A stretch of DNA of 64,000 nt from a bacterium (GCA_037137535.1 JBAXKC010000006.1:1-64000), one strand, 5' to 3'. Counted from the first letter of the stretch, positions 19,198-29,084 are shown. The notes: generated by a model not told the origin, from the sequence alone. Numbers and translations: made by a program.

Positions 19198-21315
19198 ATG
19201 CATAAATCATCACAAAAAGGAAACGTATTAGTTGCAATGGTCATTATAATTGCGTTTCTACTTGCTTCAATGGCCGCAGCCGCTTTTTATTTTAATTCTC
19301 TTCCTCCTATTTCACAGTTGAAAAATTATCAGCCTACTTTTATGTCTGAAATAGTTTCAAGTGATGGAAAAGTTATTAAAACCTTCGGCGCATTAAAGTA
19401 TAAAAAGACTACGATTGATGAAATTCCTGTCAACTTAAAAGAAGCTATTATAGCAACTGAAGACAAGAATTTTTATCATCATATCGGATTTGATCCTTTA
19501 GCCCTTGTAAGATCAACCCTTTCAAACCTTAGAGCAGGGCATGTTGTTCAAGGTGCCAGTACAATCACTCAACAGCTTGCCAGAATATTGTTTTTATCAA
19601 CAGAAAAAACAATGGATAGAAAAGTAAAAGAGCTTATAATCGCTTACAGGCTAGAAAAATCTTTACCGAAAGATAAAATTCTTGAAATGTACTTGAATAA
19701 TGTATATTTGGGTGAAGGAGCTTATGGAGTAGCTTCAGCATCAGATATTTATTTCAATAAAAGTGCAGAAAAGCTTAACTTGGCTGAATGTGCTTTGATT
19801 GCAGGTTTACCTCAGGCTCCGTCTGTATATTCTCCTTTCCAGAATATGGATTTGGCAAAACAAAGAAGGCATCAAGTTCTTGAGCGTATGGTGAAAATGA
19901 ACTTTATTACAGAAGCTCAAGCAGAAGAAGCAAATAATGCACCTGTTCACTTGAGTCAAAATCATAGACCTTCTGCAATTAATAGAGCTCCTTATTTCGC
20001 AGATTATGCGATGAAAGAGCTTAGAGATGAAATTGGAATAACCGAACAAGAAATAATTCAGGGTGGTTATAAGATTTTCACTACCTTAGATTATAAAGCA
20101 CAATTAGAAGCTCAAAAAAGTATAAGAGATAATCTTTCTAAATGGGGATTAACAAGACATTCAGATGAAGCCTCATTTGTTTCTCTTGATTCAGCTACAG
20201 GAAAAATTCTTGCGTACTTAGGCGGAAAAGATTATGACATAAGCCAATATGACAGAGCTTCTCAATCAATAAGACAGCCTGGTTCAGCGTTTAAAGTTCT
20301 TGTTTACATTACTGCAATCGAAAGAGGGTTAAAGCCTGATTCACTATATGACGACAGACCTTTAACCATAGGCAATTGGTCGCCACACAATTATAGCCAT
20401 AGATACAGAGGTAAAATAAAATTATCTGATGCACTTGCATTTTCTTCAAACGTTGTTGCCGTAAGACTTATAACTGATCTTGGCGTTGATAGCGTAATCA
20501 GCATGGCTAGAAGACTTGGATTAACAACACCGATTGCAACTGATCCTACTATTGCATTAGGTTCAAGTGGTGTTAAAAATATAGAGATGACTACTGCGTA
20601 TGGAGTTCTTGCAAATGGTGGAATAAGAGTAAAACCTCACGCTATTGAAAGAATTGAAACCGCTAACGGACAGGTAATATATGAAGCATCTAATGTCGGA
20701 GAAAGAGTTTTAAGTCCTGAAACCGTATCCCAAGTTGTACAAATGATGAAAGGTGTCATGAAAAAAGGTACAGCCAGATCAGCCAATCTTGGAAGACCTT
20801 GTGCCGGTAAAACAGGCACGACAGATAGTTATAAAGATGCATGGTTTATAGGATTTACTCCTGAAGTTGTTACAGGTGTATGGGTTGGAAATGATAATAA
20901 TGCCCAACATCATGGATTAACAGGGGGGACTGCTCCTGCTGCTATATGGAAAGAATACATGACTTCAGTTATGGCAAATAAACCTGTTACTGACTTCACA
21001 AATCCTGGAGTTCCTATAACTGCTAATAACAAGGTTCAGCAAGACACTTCAATGCAGGATTTACAGAATTTTGAAAATAGTAACCCAGCTGAAAGTGTTC
21101 CTGCTAATTCAGTTAATCCTGAAACAGTTGATGTGAATAATGCTGATGTAAATGAAAATTACAATAATAACTCCTCTCAAGGCAGCAGTGCTCCAGTTCC
21201 ACAGGCTAGACCTCAGCAGACAAAAACGATTCAGCAACCTAAAGTCCAATATAATCAGCCTAGCACTACTGTTGGGCCACCAGTTCCCGAGAGTACAGAC
21301 AATTCGGAAAACTAA
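19198..21315 (+). CDS. Class A penicillin-binding protein (PBP1A family)
   Basis: GT motifs EDKNFYHHIG, GASTITQQL, RKVKE, YLN, RRHQVL; TP motifs SAFK, SSN, KTG; disordered N/Q/P tail. Confidence 0.95.
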   Translation: MHKSSQKGNVLVAMVIIIAFLLASMAAAAFYFNSLPPISQLKNYQPTFMSEIVSSDGKVIKTFGALKYKKTTIDEIPVNLKEAIIATEDKNFYHHIGFDPLALVRSTLSNLRAGHVVQGASTITQQLARILFLSTEKTMDRKVKELIIAYRLEKSLPKDKILEMYLNNVYLGEGAYGVASASDIYFNKSAEKLNLAECALIAGLPQAPSVYSPFQNMDLAKQRRHQVLERMVKMNFITEAQAEEANNAPVHLSQNHRPSAINRAPYFADYAMKELRDEIGITEQEIIQGGYKIFTTLDYKAQLEAQKSIRDNLSKWGLTRHSDEASFVSLDSATGKILAYLGGKDYDISQYDRASQSIRQPGSAFKVLVYITAIERGLKPDSLYDDRPLTIGNWSPHNYSHRYRGKIKLSDALAFSSNVVAVRLITDLGVDSVISMARRLGLTTPIATDPTIALGSSGVKNIEMTTAYGVLANGGIRVKPHAIERIETANGQVIYEASNVGERVLSPETVSQVVQMMKGVMKKGTARSANLGRPCAGKTGTTDSYKDAWFIGFTPEVVTGVWVGNDNNAQHHGLTGGTAPAAIWKEYMTSVMANKPVTDFTNPGVPITANNKVQQDTSMQDLQNFENSNPAESVPANSVNPETVDVNNADVNENYNNNSSQGSSAPVPQARPQQTKTIQQPKVQYNQPSTTVGPPVPESTDNSEN

Positions 21316-21330
21316 AACAATACATAATAA

Positions 21331-21360
21331 AATAAAGCGGGATGTAAGTCCCGCTTTATT
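21331..21360. terminator. Hairpin between convergent genes
   Basis: AATAAAGCGGGA/TCCCGCTTTATT. Confidence 0.8.
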
Positions 21361-21377
21361 CGTTATAAGAAAAAAAT

Positions 21378-21647
21378 TTAATTGTTTGCGTTTTCAGATT
21401 CTTTTGCAATAGCTTCCTGTACTTTTTTTAATAGATCATCTCCTTTTTTTTGAATTTCATCCATTACATCAGAAGCCTTTGCTTGTAAATCTTTTAAAGA
21501 TGACTCTGTATTTGCTTTAACATCGCCGGATGTTTTTGCTATCAGGTCTCTAGTTTCTTCACCTGATCTCGGTGCAAGAATTACACCAAAAACACCGCCT
21601 ACTAATCCACCAATTACGAAACCTGCTAAGAATTTTCCTACTGACAT
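21378..21647 (-). CDS. YtxH-domain protein
   Basis: FLAGFVIGGLVGGVFGVILAPRSGEETR. Confidence 0.88.
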   Translation of the reverse strand: MSVGKFLAGFVIGGLVGGVFGVILAPRSGEETRDLIAKTSGDVKANTESSLKDLQAKASDVMDEIQKKGDDLLKKVQEAIAKESENANN

Positions 21648-21670
21648 AGTATACTCCTTATATTTATGTA

Positions 21671-22066
21671 TTACTTAGACTTTCTTCTATTTTCTAATAA
21701 AACTTTAAAGCCTGCTAATAGTCCTTCTTTCAAACTAGAAGCTACAACTTTTGCTTTATTTGCAATATTCTCAGCTGAATCTGAAACGGCATTTAAGCTG
21801 GTGCTGAACGCACTATTTATTTTATTTACATTTCCGTCCATGCTGAGTGTTACTGAATTTATATTTGCCAGTGTATATTTTAATTCTTTTAATGTCGGTT
21901 CAATTTCCTTCTTGAATAAGGTTGTTAATACTTGCAGTGACTTTGCAAGATTTGAAAGATCCATTAATAGTTTTACTAAAAAAACTGAAATAAATATTAG
22001 CATTACTATTGTTGTATATATCATAAACTCTAGCGGTTGCTGAATATTTTGTGATAAATTTTCCAC
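21671..22066 (-). CDS. DUF948/YtxG-like membrane-anchored coiled-coil protein
   Basis: N-terminal TM then KEIEPTLKELKYTLANINSVT; lies between two YtxH genes. Confidence 0.65.
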   Translation of the reverse strand: MENLSQNIQQPLEFMIYTTIVMLIFISVFLVKLLMDLSNLAKSLQVLTTLFKKEIEPTLKELKYTLANINSVTLSMDGNVNKINSAFSTSLNAVSDSAENIANKAKVVASSLKEGLLAGFKVLLENRRKSK

Positions 22067-22078
22067 AGAATTTTTCTC

Positions 22079-22396
22079 CTAGACACTATAATCTGATTCA
22101 AGCTCTTCTTTTCTTTTAGCCGCAGCTAATTTAGCAGCCTTAATAGCATTATTTATTTTGCCAAACTGACTTTCAAAGCTATATTTAAGTTTTACAATCA
22201 TTTCTTTACTTTTGGCTTCTGTTGTTCTATATTCTTCAGGCATATCATCTACAAATCTGTTTAAAGTAGCTTTAAGCTCTTGCCTGACTTCTTCTCCTGA
22301 TTTTGGAGTGGTCAAAAGTGCTGCTACGGCTCCAGCTGCTACGCCCGCTAATAAACCAATACCGAATACTACCGCACAGTCAGAAGATTTTGACAT
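22079..22396 (-). CDS. YtxH-domain protein
   Basis: GIGLLAGVAAGAVAALLTTPKSGEEVR; ATG at 22396 after GGAGG (track start 22426). Confidence 0.82.
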   Translation of the reverse strand: MSKSSDCAVVFGIGLLAGVAAGAVAALLTTPKSGEEVRQELKATLNRFVDDMPEEYRTTEAKSKEMIVKLKYSFESQFGKINNAIKAAKLAAAKRKEELESDYSV

Positions 22397-22458
22397 TTTT
22401 ACCTCCAATCTAAAAAAAACTCTCAACTGATTAACATTTTGTTACAATAATAAATATA

Positions 22459-22860
22459 TCACAACGAATTGATTATTGTAGTCATTATTCTTTTTCTATA
22501 GTTCCATAGCTTTGAAACGAGAGAAAAAACGACAAATTTATTTTTAATTAGGCCCCCGCCTTTAAATTTCCATTTAATTATTGCTGAAACAATTACACCT
22601 GCCAGATAACCTAATTCTTGTGAATCTAACGGTTTTATTTTGAATTTATCATCGATTTCATCATTTAAAACAGATAAATTCTTTCTAAACTCAATCATTT
22701 TATAAGGCATTTCGTATAATAATTCATCAACAAGTTCTTGTTTTTCCTGAACCCATTTACTTGCTTTAAATATTGAGTAAATTATAAGATAGAAAACAGC
22801 AACTTCTATAAAAATAGCTATTATAATATGATTGTGTGTAATCATAAGTAACGAAATCAA
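22459..22860 (-). CDS. Hypothetical membrane protein
   Basis: ORF with N-terminal TM segment; co-oriented with the ytxH genes. Confidence 0.65.
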   Translation of the reverse strand: MISLLMITHNHIIIAIFIEVAVFYLIIYSIFKASKWVQEKQELVDELLYEMPYKMIEFRKNLSVLNDEIDDKFKIKPLDSQELGYLAGVIVSAIIKWKFKGGGLIKNKFVVFSLVSKLWNYRKRIMTTIINSL

Positions 22861-23072
22861 CCCTTTCTTGACATACTTTTGTTTTTTAAAATTTATTATA
22901 ACATATAAAATTCAAATGAGTTTAAATCTTAAGGTAAAAATGATTTTAAAAAAATTACCTGATTATACTAATTTTAGATATAATAAATATGGTCAACATA
23001 GCTAAAGGCTTTAATAACAATAAAATTAAACTTGCACACCTGATGAATATAATTTATAAATGGCAGATAAAA

Positions 23073-24458
23073 ATGAACAAAAAAATCGTTTACAAAACTT
23101 CAATATTAATGACAAAATTATCAGATTTAATTTTAAAAACAATTAATCCTGCAGGCGGAACAAGCCTTCCCGGTATGGTTGCAAGAAAAATATCTCCTGA
23201 TATTTTATCTTATCTTGTTTCTCAGCGAAAAAAAGAATTAATCAGCATTACAGGCACTAACGGTAAAACTACTACATCGGGTTTTATTGCTTCAATTATT
23301 AAAAATAACGGATTTACACTTGCTCATAACAGAAAAGGAGCAAATATGCTGAATGGCATTACTGCGGCAATTGTAAAAGAAAGTTCGTTAAATGCTACTC
23401 TTGATGTTGATTATTGCTTATTAGAATCTGATGAGGCTTATCTGCCCAAACTTACCAATGAAATTAAGCCTGATATTATACTGGTAACAAATTTATTTAG
23501 GGATCAACTTGATAGATACGGTGAGCTTGACACGACAGCAAAAAAAATACGTGAAGCAATAAATAATACTTCATCTGCAAAGCGGTTTAAACTTCTATTG
23601 AATGCAGATGACCCTATTGTTAGTAATATTACGCCTGATGATAAGAATATAAATAAAATTTATTATGGTCTTGAGGAAGTAATAATCAAAAATAGCAATG
23701 AAGAAGTTGAATCTCCTAAAGAAATTGCAAGTTGTGCTTGCGGTCAAAAGTTTCAATATGAAAAGATTTTTTATGGACATTTAGGTTTTTATTATTGTAG
23801 TTGCGGTATTAAAAGACCTTTACCTCATATAAAAGCTAAGGCTGTTGTTGACACTGATTGTTCAACTTTAGACATATCAACGGAAAGTGGAGAAGTATTT
23901 TCTGTTAAAATTGATATGCCTGGTCTTTACAATATTTATAATGCATTGGGAGCTATTGCCACTGCGTTAGAGCTGGGTATAGCTCCCAATGACATTGCTA
24001 AAGGTTTAAGCAGTTATGATACTGTTTTTGGAAGAGCTGAAAATATCAGCTTAAATGGAAAACAGGCTATTATTCAGCTTATTAAAAACCCTATCGGAGC
24101 AACAGAAGTACTCAGAACCGTAAATATTGACCCAAATTCAAGACTTTTAATTATAATCAATGATAATTATGCTGATGGGCGAGATGTTTCATGGCTGTGG
24201 GATGCTAATTTTGAGCTTTTAAGTAATCATGTCAATGAAATAGTGGTTAGCGGAGTAAGGGCTTCAGATATGGCTGTAAGGCTCAAATATGCGGGTATTG
24301 ATCCAGATAGAATAAAAGTAATTGAAAATATGGATAAAGCTTTGGATTATTCCGTAAAAGTGACTAATAACGATGAAAAACTTTATATTTTACCTACTTA
24401 CACTGCATTATTAAAACTTCAGGGAATTCTAAGAAAATATAATAAAAAGTCTTTCTAA
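23073..24458 (+). CDS. murT: MurT-like Mur ligase (lipid II amidation subunit, DUF1727)
   Basis: GGTSLPG, TGTNGKTTT, GANMLNG, TNLFRDQLDRYGE, LIKNPIG, NDNYADGRDVSWLWD, LPTYTAL; start uncertain (track 22989). Confidence 0.88.
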   Translation: MNKKIVYKTSILMTKLSDLILKTINPAGGTSLPGMVARKISPDILSYLVSQRKKELISITGTNGKTTTSGFIASIIKNNGFTLAHNRKGANMLNGITAAIVKESSLNATLDVDYCLLESDEAYLPKLTNEIKPDIILVTNLFRDQLDRYGELDTTAKKIREAINNTSSAKRFKLLLNADDPIVSNITPDDKNINKIYYGLEEVIIKNSNEEVESPKEIASCACGQKFQYEKIFYGHLGFYYCSCGIKRPLPHIKAKAVVDTDCSTLDISTESGEVFSVKIDMPGLYNIYNALGAIATALELGIAPNDIAKGLSSYDTVFGRAENISLNGKQAIIQLIKNPIGATEVLRTVNIDPNSRLLIIINDNYADGRDVSWLWDANFELLSNHVNEIVVSGVRASDMAVRLKYAGIDPDRIKVIENMDKALDYSVKVTNNDEKLYILPTYTALLKLQGILRKYNKKSF

Positions 24459-24472
24459 AAGAAAGACTTTTT
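24444..24472. terminator. Bidirectional terminator overlapping the murT stop
   Basis: AAAAAGTCTTTC-TAAAA-GAAAGACTTTTT. Confidence 0.7.
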
Positions 24473-24494
24473 AAAAAGAATTAAAGTTTGCTGT

Positions 24495-26120
24495 TTAATA
24501 TGCGGTTACATCTTGAATAATATAGCAATCATCTTGATTAAATTCAGCTACGCAGTTTTTGCCGTTTCTTTTTGCAAAATATAATGCTTTATCAGCTTTA
24601 GAAATAATTTCTTCTTGAGTATTTGCATCATCAGGAAAAGATGAGATACCAACACTTATTGTTGGTCTGACGATGCTGCCGTCTTTTGTCGTTACAGCAA
24701 TTTCTTCAATATGATGTCTTAATCTTTCAGCAATTTTTCTTGAACTTTCTTTTGCCGTTTCAGGTAAGATAATTGCGAATTCTTCACCACCATATCTGCA
24801 AGCCATGTCAATTTTCCTAACAGTTCTTAATATGACCTGTGAAGTCTGTCTGAGGACTTCATCGCCAACTTGATGTCCATAAGTATCATTTATGTTTTTA
24901 AAATTGTCTATATCCATCATGAGCAGGCTTACTTTGTGTCTATACCTGTTAGAACGACGAATTTCGTTATCTAATAAATAATGGAAATGTCTGTATATAA
25001 ATAATTTTGTAAGACCATCAGTAGTTGCAAGCTCATAAAGTTGAGCATTATTAATAGCTATAGCTGCCTGATTTGCTAAAGCGCCCATAAAATCAAGATC
25101 ATCTTGATTAAAGAATTTTCCATCCTGTTTATTGGTAATGTTTATTACTCCGATAACTTCTTCTTTAACTATTAAAGGAATACAAAGAATAGAATCTACT
25201 TTTGATTCGGTTGATTGTTTAAATCTAGGGTCATCAGAACCTAAATTTGTAATAATAGCTCTTTTTGATTGAAATACATTTCCTGCAATTCCTTCGCCGA
25301 TTTTAATTCTTGTACATTCAAAGATGCCTTCATTAATTTTCTCTTCAACTTCTTTATCGGGAATTCCATAAACAACCTTGACGGCTAAATCTTCCGTTGT
25401 AGCATCATATAGCATTAAAGAGCCTTTTTGCGCTCCTATATTCTGTACTGCTTTGCCAAGAATAATTTTTAACAGTTTTTTTAAATCATCAATAAAGTTC
25501 ATCGCTTGACCGATGTTGTAGAGAATAGAAATATTGTGAAGTGTTTTTTGTAGTTCGGTCGTTTGAGATTCACGAGCTTCATGTTGTTTATGTTTCCATA
25601 AAGGGCTTGAAATCTGACTTGATGCCTTTTTGATAAAGCTTATATCTTCTTCTGTATATCTCTCAGATTGATTTTTTCTTCCTAATGTAAGAATGGCAAT
25701 GACTTCACCTTCTTGAACAAAAGGAACCCATAACATTGAGTGAAGATCGTTTAATTTATTTCTTTCAAAAAACTGATTATAAATATTTTTTTCTTCCTCA
25801 TCAATAACTAGAAAAGGAATTCCATTCTCTATAATTTGCCAAATACCTTCACCCTTATTGATAAATTCAAATGAGCAAAAATCACTTAGGTTTTCATCAC
25901 AAAGAACTTTAAATTTATCTCCATCAGGAGCAAAAAAGGCAACGCCTTGCGGATCATAATGTAATTTTATGAACTTAATGAATTTTTCAGCTAAAGTGTA
26001 AAAACTATCTGTGCTGTTAATTAGATTATTAACTTCAAATAGTTTGTTCAATTCAAAGACTTCTCTTTTAAGTTTTATAAAATTTTGAAAAAAACTTTCA
26101 CTTGATAAAGGATCCGACAT
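24495..26120 (-). CDS. GAF-GAF-GGDEF diguanylate cyclase
   Basis: DIDNFKNINDTYGHQVGD, I-site RKID, RYGGEEF; two GAF-like domains (GEGIAG, NKQDGKFFNQDD). Confidence 0.93.
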   Translation of the reverse strand: MSDPLSSESFFQNFIKLKREVFELNKLFEVNNLINSTDSFYTLAEKFIKFIKLHYDPQGVAFFAPDGDKFKVLCDENLSDFCSFEFINKGEGIWQIIENGIPFLVIDEEEKNIYNQFFERNKLNDLHSMLWVPFVQEGEVIAILTLGRKNQSERYTEEDISFIKKASSQISSPLWKHKQHEARESQTTELQKTLHNISILYNIGQAMNFIDDLKKLLKIILGKAVQNIGAQKGSLMLYDATTEDLAVKVVYGIPDKEVEEKINEGIFECTRIKIGEGIAGNVFQSKRAIITNLGSDDPRFKQSTESKVDSILCIPLIVKEEVIGVINITNKQDGKFFNQDDLDFMGALANQAAIAINNAQLYELATTDGLTKLFIYRHFHYLLDNEIRRSNRYRHKVSLLMMDIDNFKNINDTYGHQVGDEVLRQTSQVILRTVRKIDMACRYGGEEFAIILPETAKESSRKIAERLRHHIEEIAVTTKDGSIVRPTISVGISSFPDDANTQEEIISKADKALYFAKRNGKNCVAEFNQDDCYIIQDVTAY

Positions 26121-26278
26121 TTCTCTTCCTAATTCTTGCCCTAAAAATCGTTACTTTTTGATTATAAATAATTATATCCTAAATGTCTATTTTAAACTAA
26201 AATAGGAGATTATTATGTAGAGATATAGTCTAATTATATGATATTTTAAGAATTATAGAATAAAGTTTAGGTGGATTT

Positions 26279-27409
26279 ATGATGAATTTTGAAGAAATAA
26301 GAGAACATTTTCCTGTATGCCGTAACTTGATTTACTTTGATAACGCAGCTGTTGCTCCAATTCATACATTAAGCATTAAATATGCTGATGATTATTTAGA
26401 TCATTTTTTAAATTACGGATTTAGAGATTATGATACATGGTTCAATAAATACGAAGAAATAAGAGAAGGTCTTGGAAAATTTATAGGAGCTAAAAAATCT
26501 GAAATAGCTTTTATAAAAAATACTTCTGCGGGGATTTCTGTTTTTGCAAATGGTGTGGACTTTAAAGATGGCGATAATGTTATAATTCCAAATATTGAAT
26601 ACCCTGCAAATGTTTATCCATGGTTAAATCTAGCATCCAAAGGTGTTAAAACTAAGTTTTTAAAAGCTGATAACGGTTACATTGATCTTAATGCATTAAG
26701 TGCACTTATTGACTGTAATACACGAGTTCTTTCAATCAGTTGGATAGAATTTGTAAATGGATTTAAAAATGATTTAAAAGCTATATCAGAACTTTGCATG
26801 CAAAAATCTTTAGAGTATGGAAGAAAAATTTACTTTTGTGTAGATGCTATTCAAGGCTTAGGGGCTTTTGATATTGATGTAAAGGCTTTAAATATTGACT
26901 TTTTAGCGGCTGACGGACACAAATGGTTTTTAGCTCTTGAAGGAGCAGGATTTTTATATTGTTCTGAAGACATAATTGATGAAATTAAACCTGCATCTGT
27001 GGGCTGGAAAAGTGTTGAAAATCCTTTGGATTTTACTGATATTAATTTTACTCTTCAAAAGACAGCTAATAAATTTGAAGAAGGTACTTTAAATGTTGTT
27101 GGTATTCTTTCACTTGGTGCAAGTTTAGATCTTTTTAATTCAATAGGCATAAAGAATATTGAGGATAGAATACTCTCTCTAAGTAATTATGCAGTTGAAA
27201 AAATCTCTCAAAAAGCTGAATTGAAAAGTTATCGGCAAGAAAAGCATCGTTCGGGAATCATATCATTTGTTACAAAAGATATTGAGAAAGATTTCTTAAA
27301 GCTGCTTGCAAACAAAGTACAGCTATCAAAACGAGGCGAGATGTTAAGAATTTCTCCGCACTTCTATAATACTCATGAGGAAATTGATAGATTTGTGGAT
27401 ATGCTTTAA
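26279..27409 (+). CDS. PLP-dependent aminotransferase class V fold protein
   Basis: YFDNAA, DAIQGLG, GHKW (PLP Lys), FEEGTLN, RISPHFYN; no desulfurase catalytic Cys loop. Confidence 0.88.
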   Translation: MMNFEEIREHFPVCRNLIYFDNAAVAPIHTLSIKYADDYLDHFLNYGFRDYDTWFNKYEEIREGLGKFIGAKKSEIAFIKNTSAGISVFANGVDFKDGDNVIIPNIEYPANVYPWLNLASKGVKTKFLKADNGYIDLNALSALIDCNTRVLSISWIEFVNGFKNDLKAISELCMQKSLEYGRKIYFCVDAIQGLGAFDIDVKALNIDFLAADGHKWFLALEGAGFLYCSEDIIDEIKPASVGWKSVENPLDFTDINFTLQKTANKFEEGTLNVVGILSLGASLDLFNSIGIKNIEDRILSLSNYAVEKISQKAELKSYRQEKHRSGIISFVTKDIEKDFLKLLANKVQLSKRGEMLRISPHFYNTHEEIDRFVDML

Positions 27410-27457
27410 GTTTTATACATCAAAAGAGCTACCCCTTTAGTTATGCTATTGTCAATA

Positions 27458-27597
27458 TCGAAGTATGCTTTTGGATAGGACGATTGGGGAATACGTCCAT
27501 GAGAATGAATTTGGTTTTATATAGTCAGTGCATATTCCACTCTCACTCATAAACTGTTTTCTTAAAGATCGGATTTACTTTTCTGGTCTTTTTTTTT
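27458..27597 (+). ncRNA. Candidate structured leader or small RNA upstream of the nitrogenase-like operon
   Basis: Locally GC-richer, hairpins GGACG/CGTCC and ATGAG/CTCAT, ends in an intrinsic terminator; family not recognised. Confidence 0.35.
27564..27597 (+). terminator. Intrinsic terminator upstream of the nitrogenase-like operon
   Basis: AAAGATCGGA/TCTGGTCTTT stem with G-U pairs and a long T-run. Confidence 0.75.
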
Positions 27598-27657
27598 ATC
27601 TTTAAATAAGTATGATAATTCTTTTAACTAAAAAATTAAAATAAATATTGAGTCATT

Positions 27658-28242
27658 ATGGAAAATAACTATCTAAAAATAAATATTGTTGATGTAAATG
27701 AAATAATTTTAAGTTTACAAACTAATAAAAATGACTTTATAAAAAATCACATTAAACATACTAAAATTAAAAATATTGAATTTACTGTTAATAACTGTGT
27801 TTATGGGCAAGAAGTTATTTCATTTTGCTGTTTTATTAAAATACCTGTTTGGGAATTAAAATTGAGAGAACTGCTAAAGCCATTTCAACTGATAGATTTA
27901 GGTAATCAAATATTTGAAATAAAGTTTAACGATAAACACGTTAGTTATTTAAAATATCAGAAAAATTTTGGTATATATATTTTTAATGGACGACCTGATC
28001 TCTTTTCAAAAATGAAAAAAGAGAACTTTATTAATATAAATTATTTTGAAGAAACATTTCAAAATACCATTAATTTTGTGGAATTATTTTTAAATCTGAT
28101 ATATAAAGATAATATTCATTCTAAATTAGAAATAATGCCCTCAGCTAATAGAAAAAAAACAGAAACATTGGAATATAAAAAAACAAAAGAACTTCCTGAA
28201 TCACTAAAACGCTTTTATAAAAGAATTGGACACAATCAATGA
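27658..28242 (+). CDS. Hypothetical protein, first gene of nitrogenase-like operon (possibly degenerate LplA/LipB fold)
   Basis: ATGA overlap with the nifH-like gene; fold guess is weak. Confidence 0.7.
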   Translation: MENNYLKINIVDVNEIILSLQTNKNDFIKNHIKHTKIKNIEFTVNNCVYGQEVISFCCFIKIPVWELKLRELLKPFQLIDLGNQIFEIKFNDKHVSYLKYQKNFGIYIFNGRPDLFSKMKKENFININYFEETFQNTINFVELFLNLIYKDNIHSKLEIMPSANRKKTETLEYKKTKELPESLKRFYKRIGHNQ

Positions 28243-29084
28243 GCAAAAAAATCAGACAAATAGCTATATACGGAAAAGGCGGCATCGGAAAATCAACCAC
28301 TTCTTCAAATTTAACTGCTGCGATTAGCTATATGAATTTCAACCTTGCTCAAGTCGGTTGTGACCCTAAATCTGATTCTGTTAATTCACTTGTAAAGGGT
28401 GAATTTATAAAGACTGTTTCAGATTTAGTTAGAGATTATGGAGAAAGTGAAGAAACTTTATTAGAGTCAGTAAGGCAAGGTTTTAATAATATTTCTTGTA
28501 TTGAATCAGGCGGACCAGAACCGGGACAAGGATGTGCAGGCAGAGGTGTTTTAGTTGCGCTGAATTTAATTGAAAAATATAAAATTTATAAAAAATTCAA
28601 TATAGATTTTGTTGTATATGACGTACTTGGGGATATTGTCTGTGGTGGCTTTGCTCAGCCTGTAAGGCAAGGTTTTGCTGAAGAGATATACATTGTGACC
28701 AGCGGTGAATATATGTCGCTTTATGCGGCTAATAATATTGCTAAAAGTATTAAATCCTTTGCTGAAAGTGGATTGAATTCCAGACTTTGCGGAATAATTG
28801 CAAACTTGAAAAATACTGAAAACGAAAAAGATACTATTGAAGAATTCTCAAAAAAACTTAATGTTCCTGTTATACATTATGTTCCACGTTCTAAATTGGT
28901 ACAGGATGCAGAATTTCAAGGAATGACAGTTATTGAGGCTTTTCCTGACTCAGAACAGGCTGAACAATACTTTGAATTGGCTCATAATATAATAAATAAT
29001 ACAGTTAAAAACATTCCAACTCCTTTAAATAAAGAGGAATTGCTTAATTTAACACAAAAATATAGGCAAAATTATGTCAGATAA
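28239..29084 (+). CDS. nifH: Nitrogenase iron protein-like ATPase (NifH/BchL family, divergent group IV-like)
   Basis: YGKGGIGKSTT, GCDPKSDS, ESGGPEPGQGCAGRG, YDVLGDIVCGGFA, TSGEYMSLYAANNI; both [4Fe-4S] Cys kept. Confidence 0.92.
   Translation: MSKKIRQIAIYGKGGIGKSTTSSNLTAAISYMNFNLAQVGCDPKSDSVNSLVKGEFIKTVSDLVRDYGESEETLLESVRQGFNNISCIESGGPEPGQGCAGRGVLVALNLIEKYKIYKKFNIDFVVYDVLGDIVCGGFAQPVRQGFAEEIYIVTSGEYMSLYAANNIAKSIKSFAESGLNSRLCGIIANLKNTENEKDTIEEFSKKLNVPVIHYVPRSKLVQDAEFQGMTVIEAFPDSEQAEQYFELAHNIINNTVKNIPTPLNKEELLNLTQKYRQNYVR

Noticed and set aside
26279-27409. nifS/sufS cysteine desulfurase
   Set aside because: The catalytic Cys loop is absent.
27426-27560. Known riboswitch (cobalamin, SAM-I, yybP-ykoY, T-box) or tRNA-Sec
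   Set aside because: Only fragments resemble them (GGGAA, AGTGCATATTCC, reverse-strand AAAGGGGTAGC); spacing, orientation and the remaining conserved elements do not fit.
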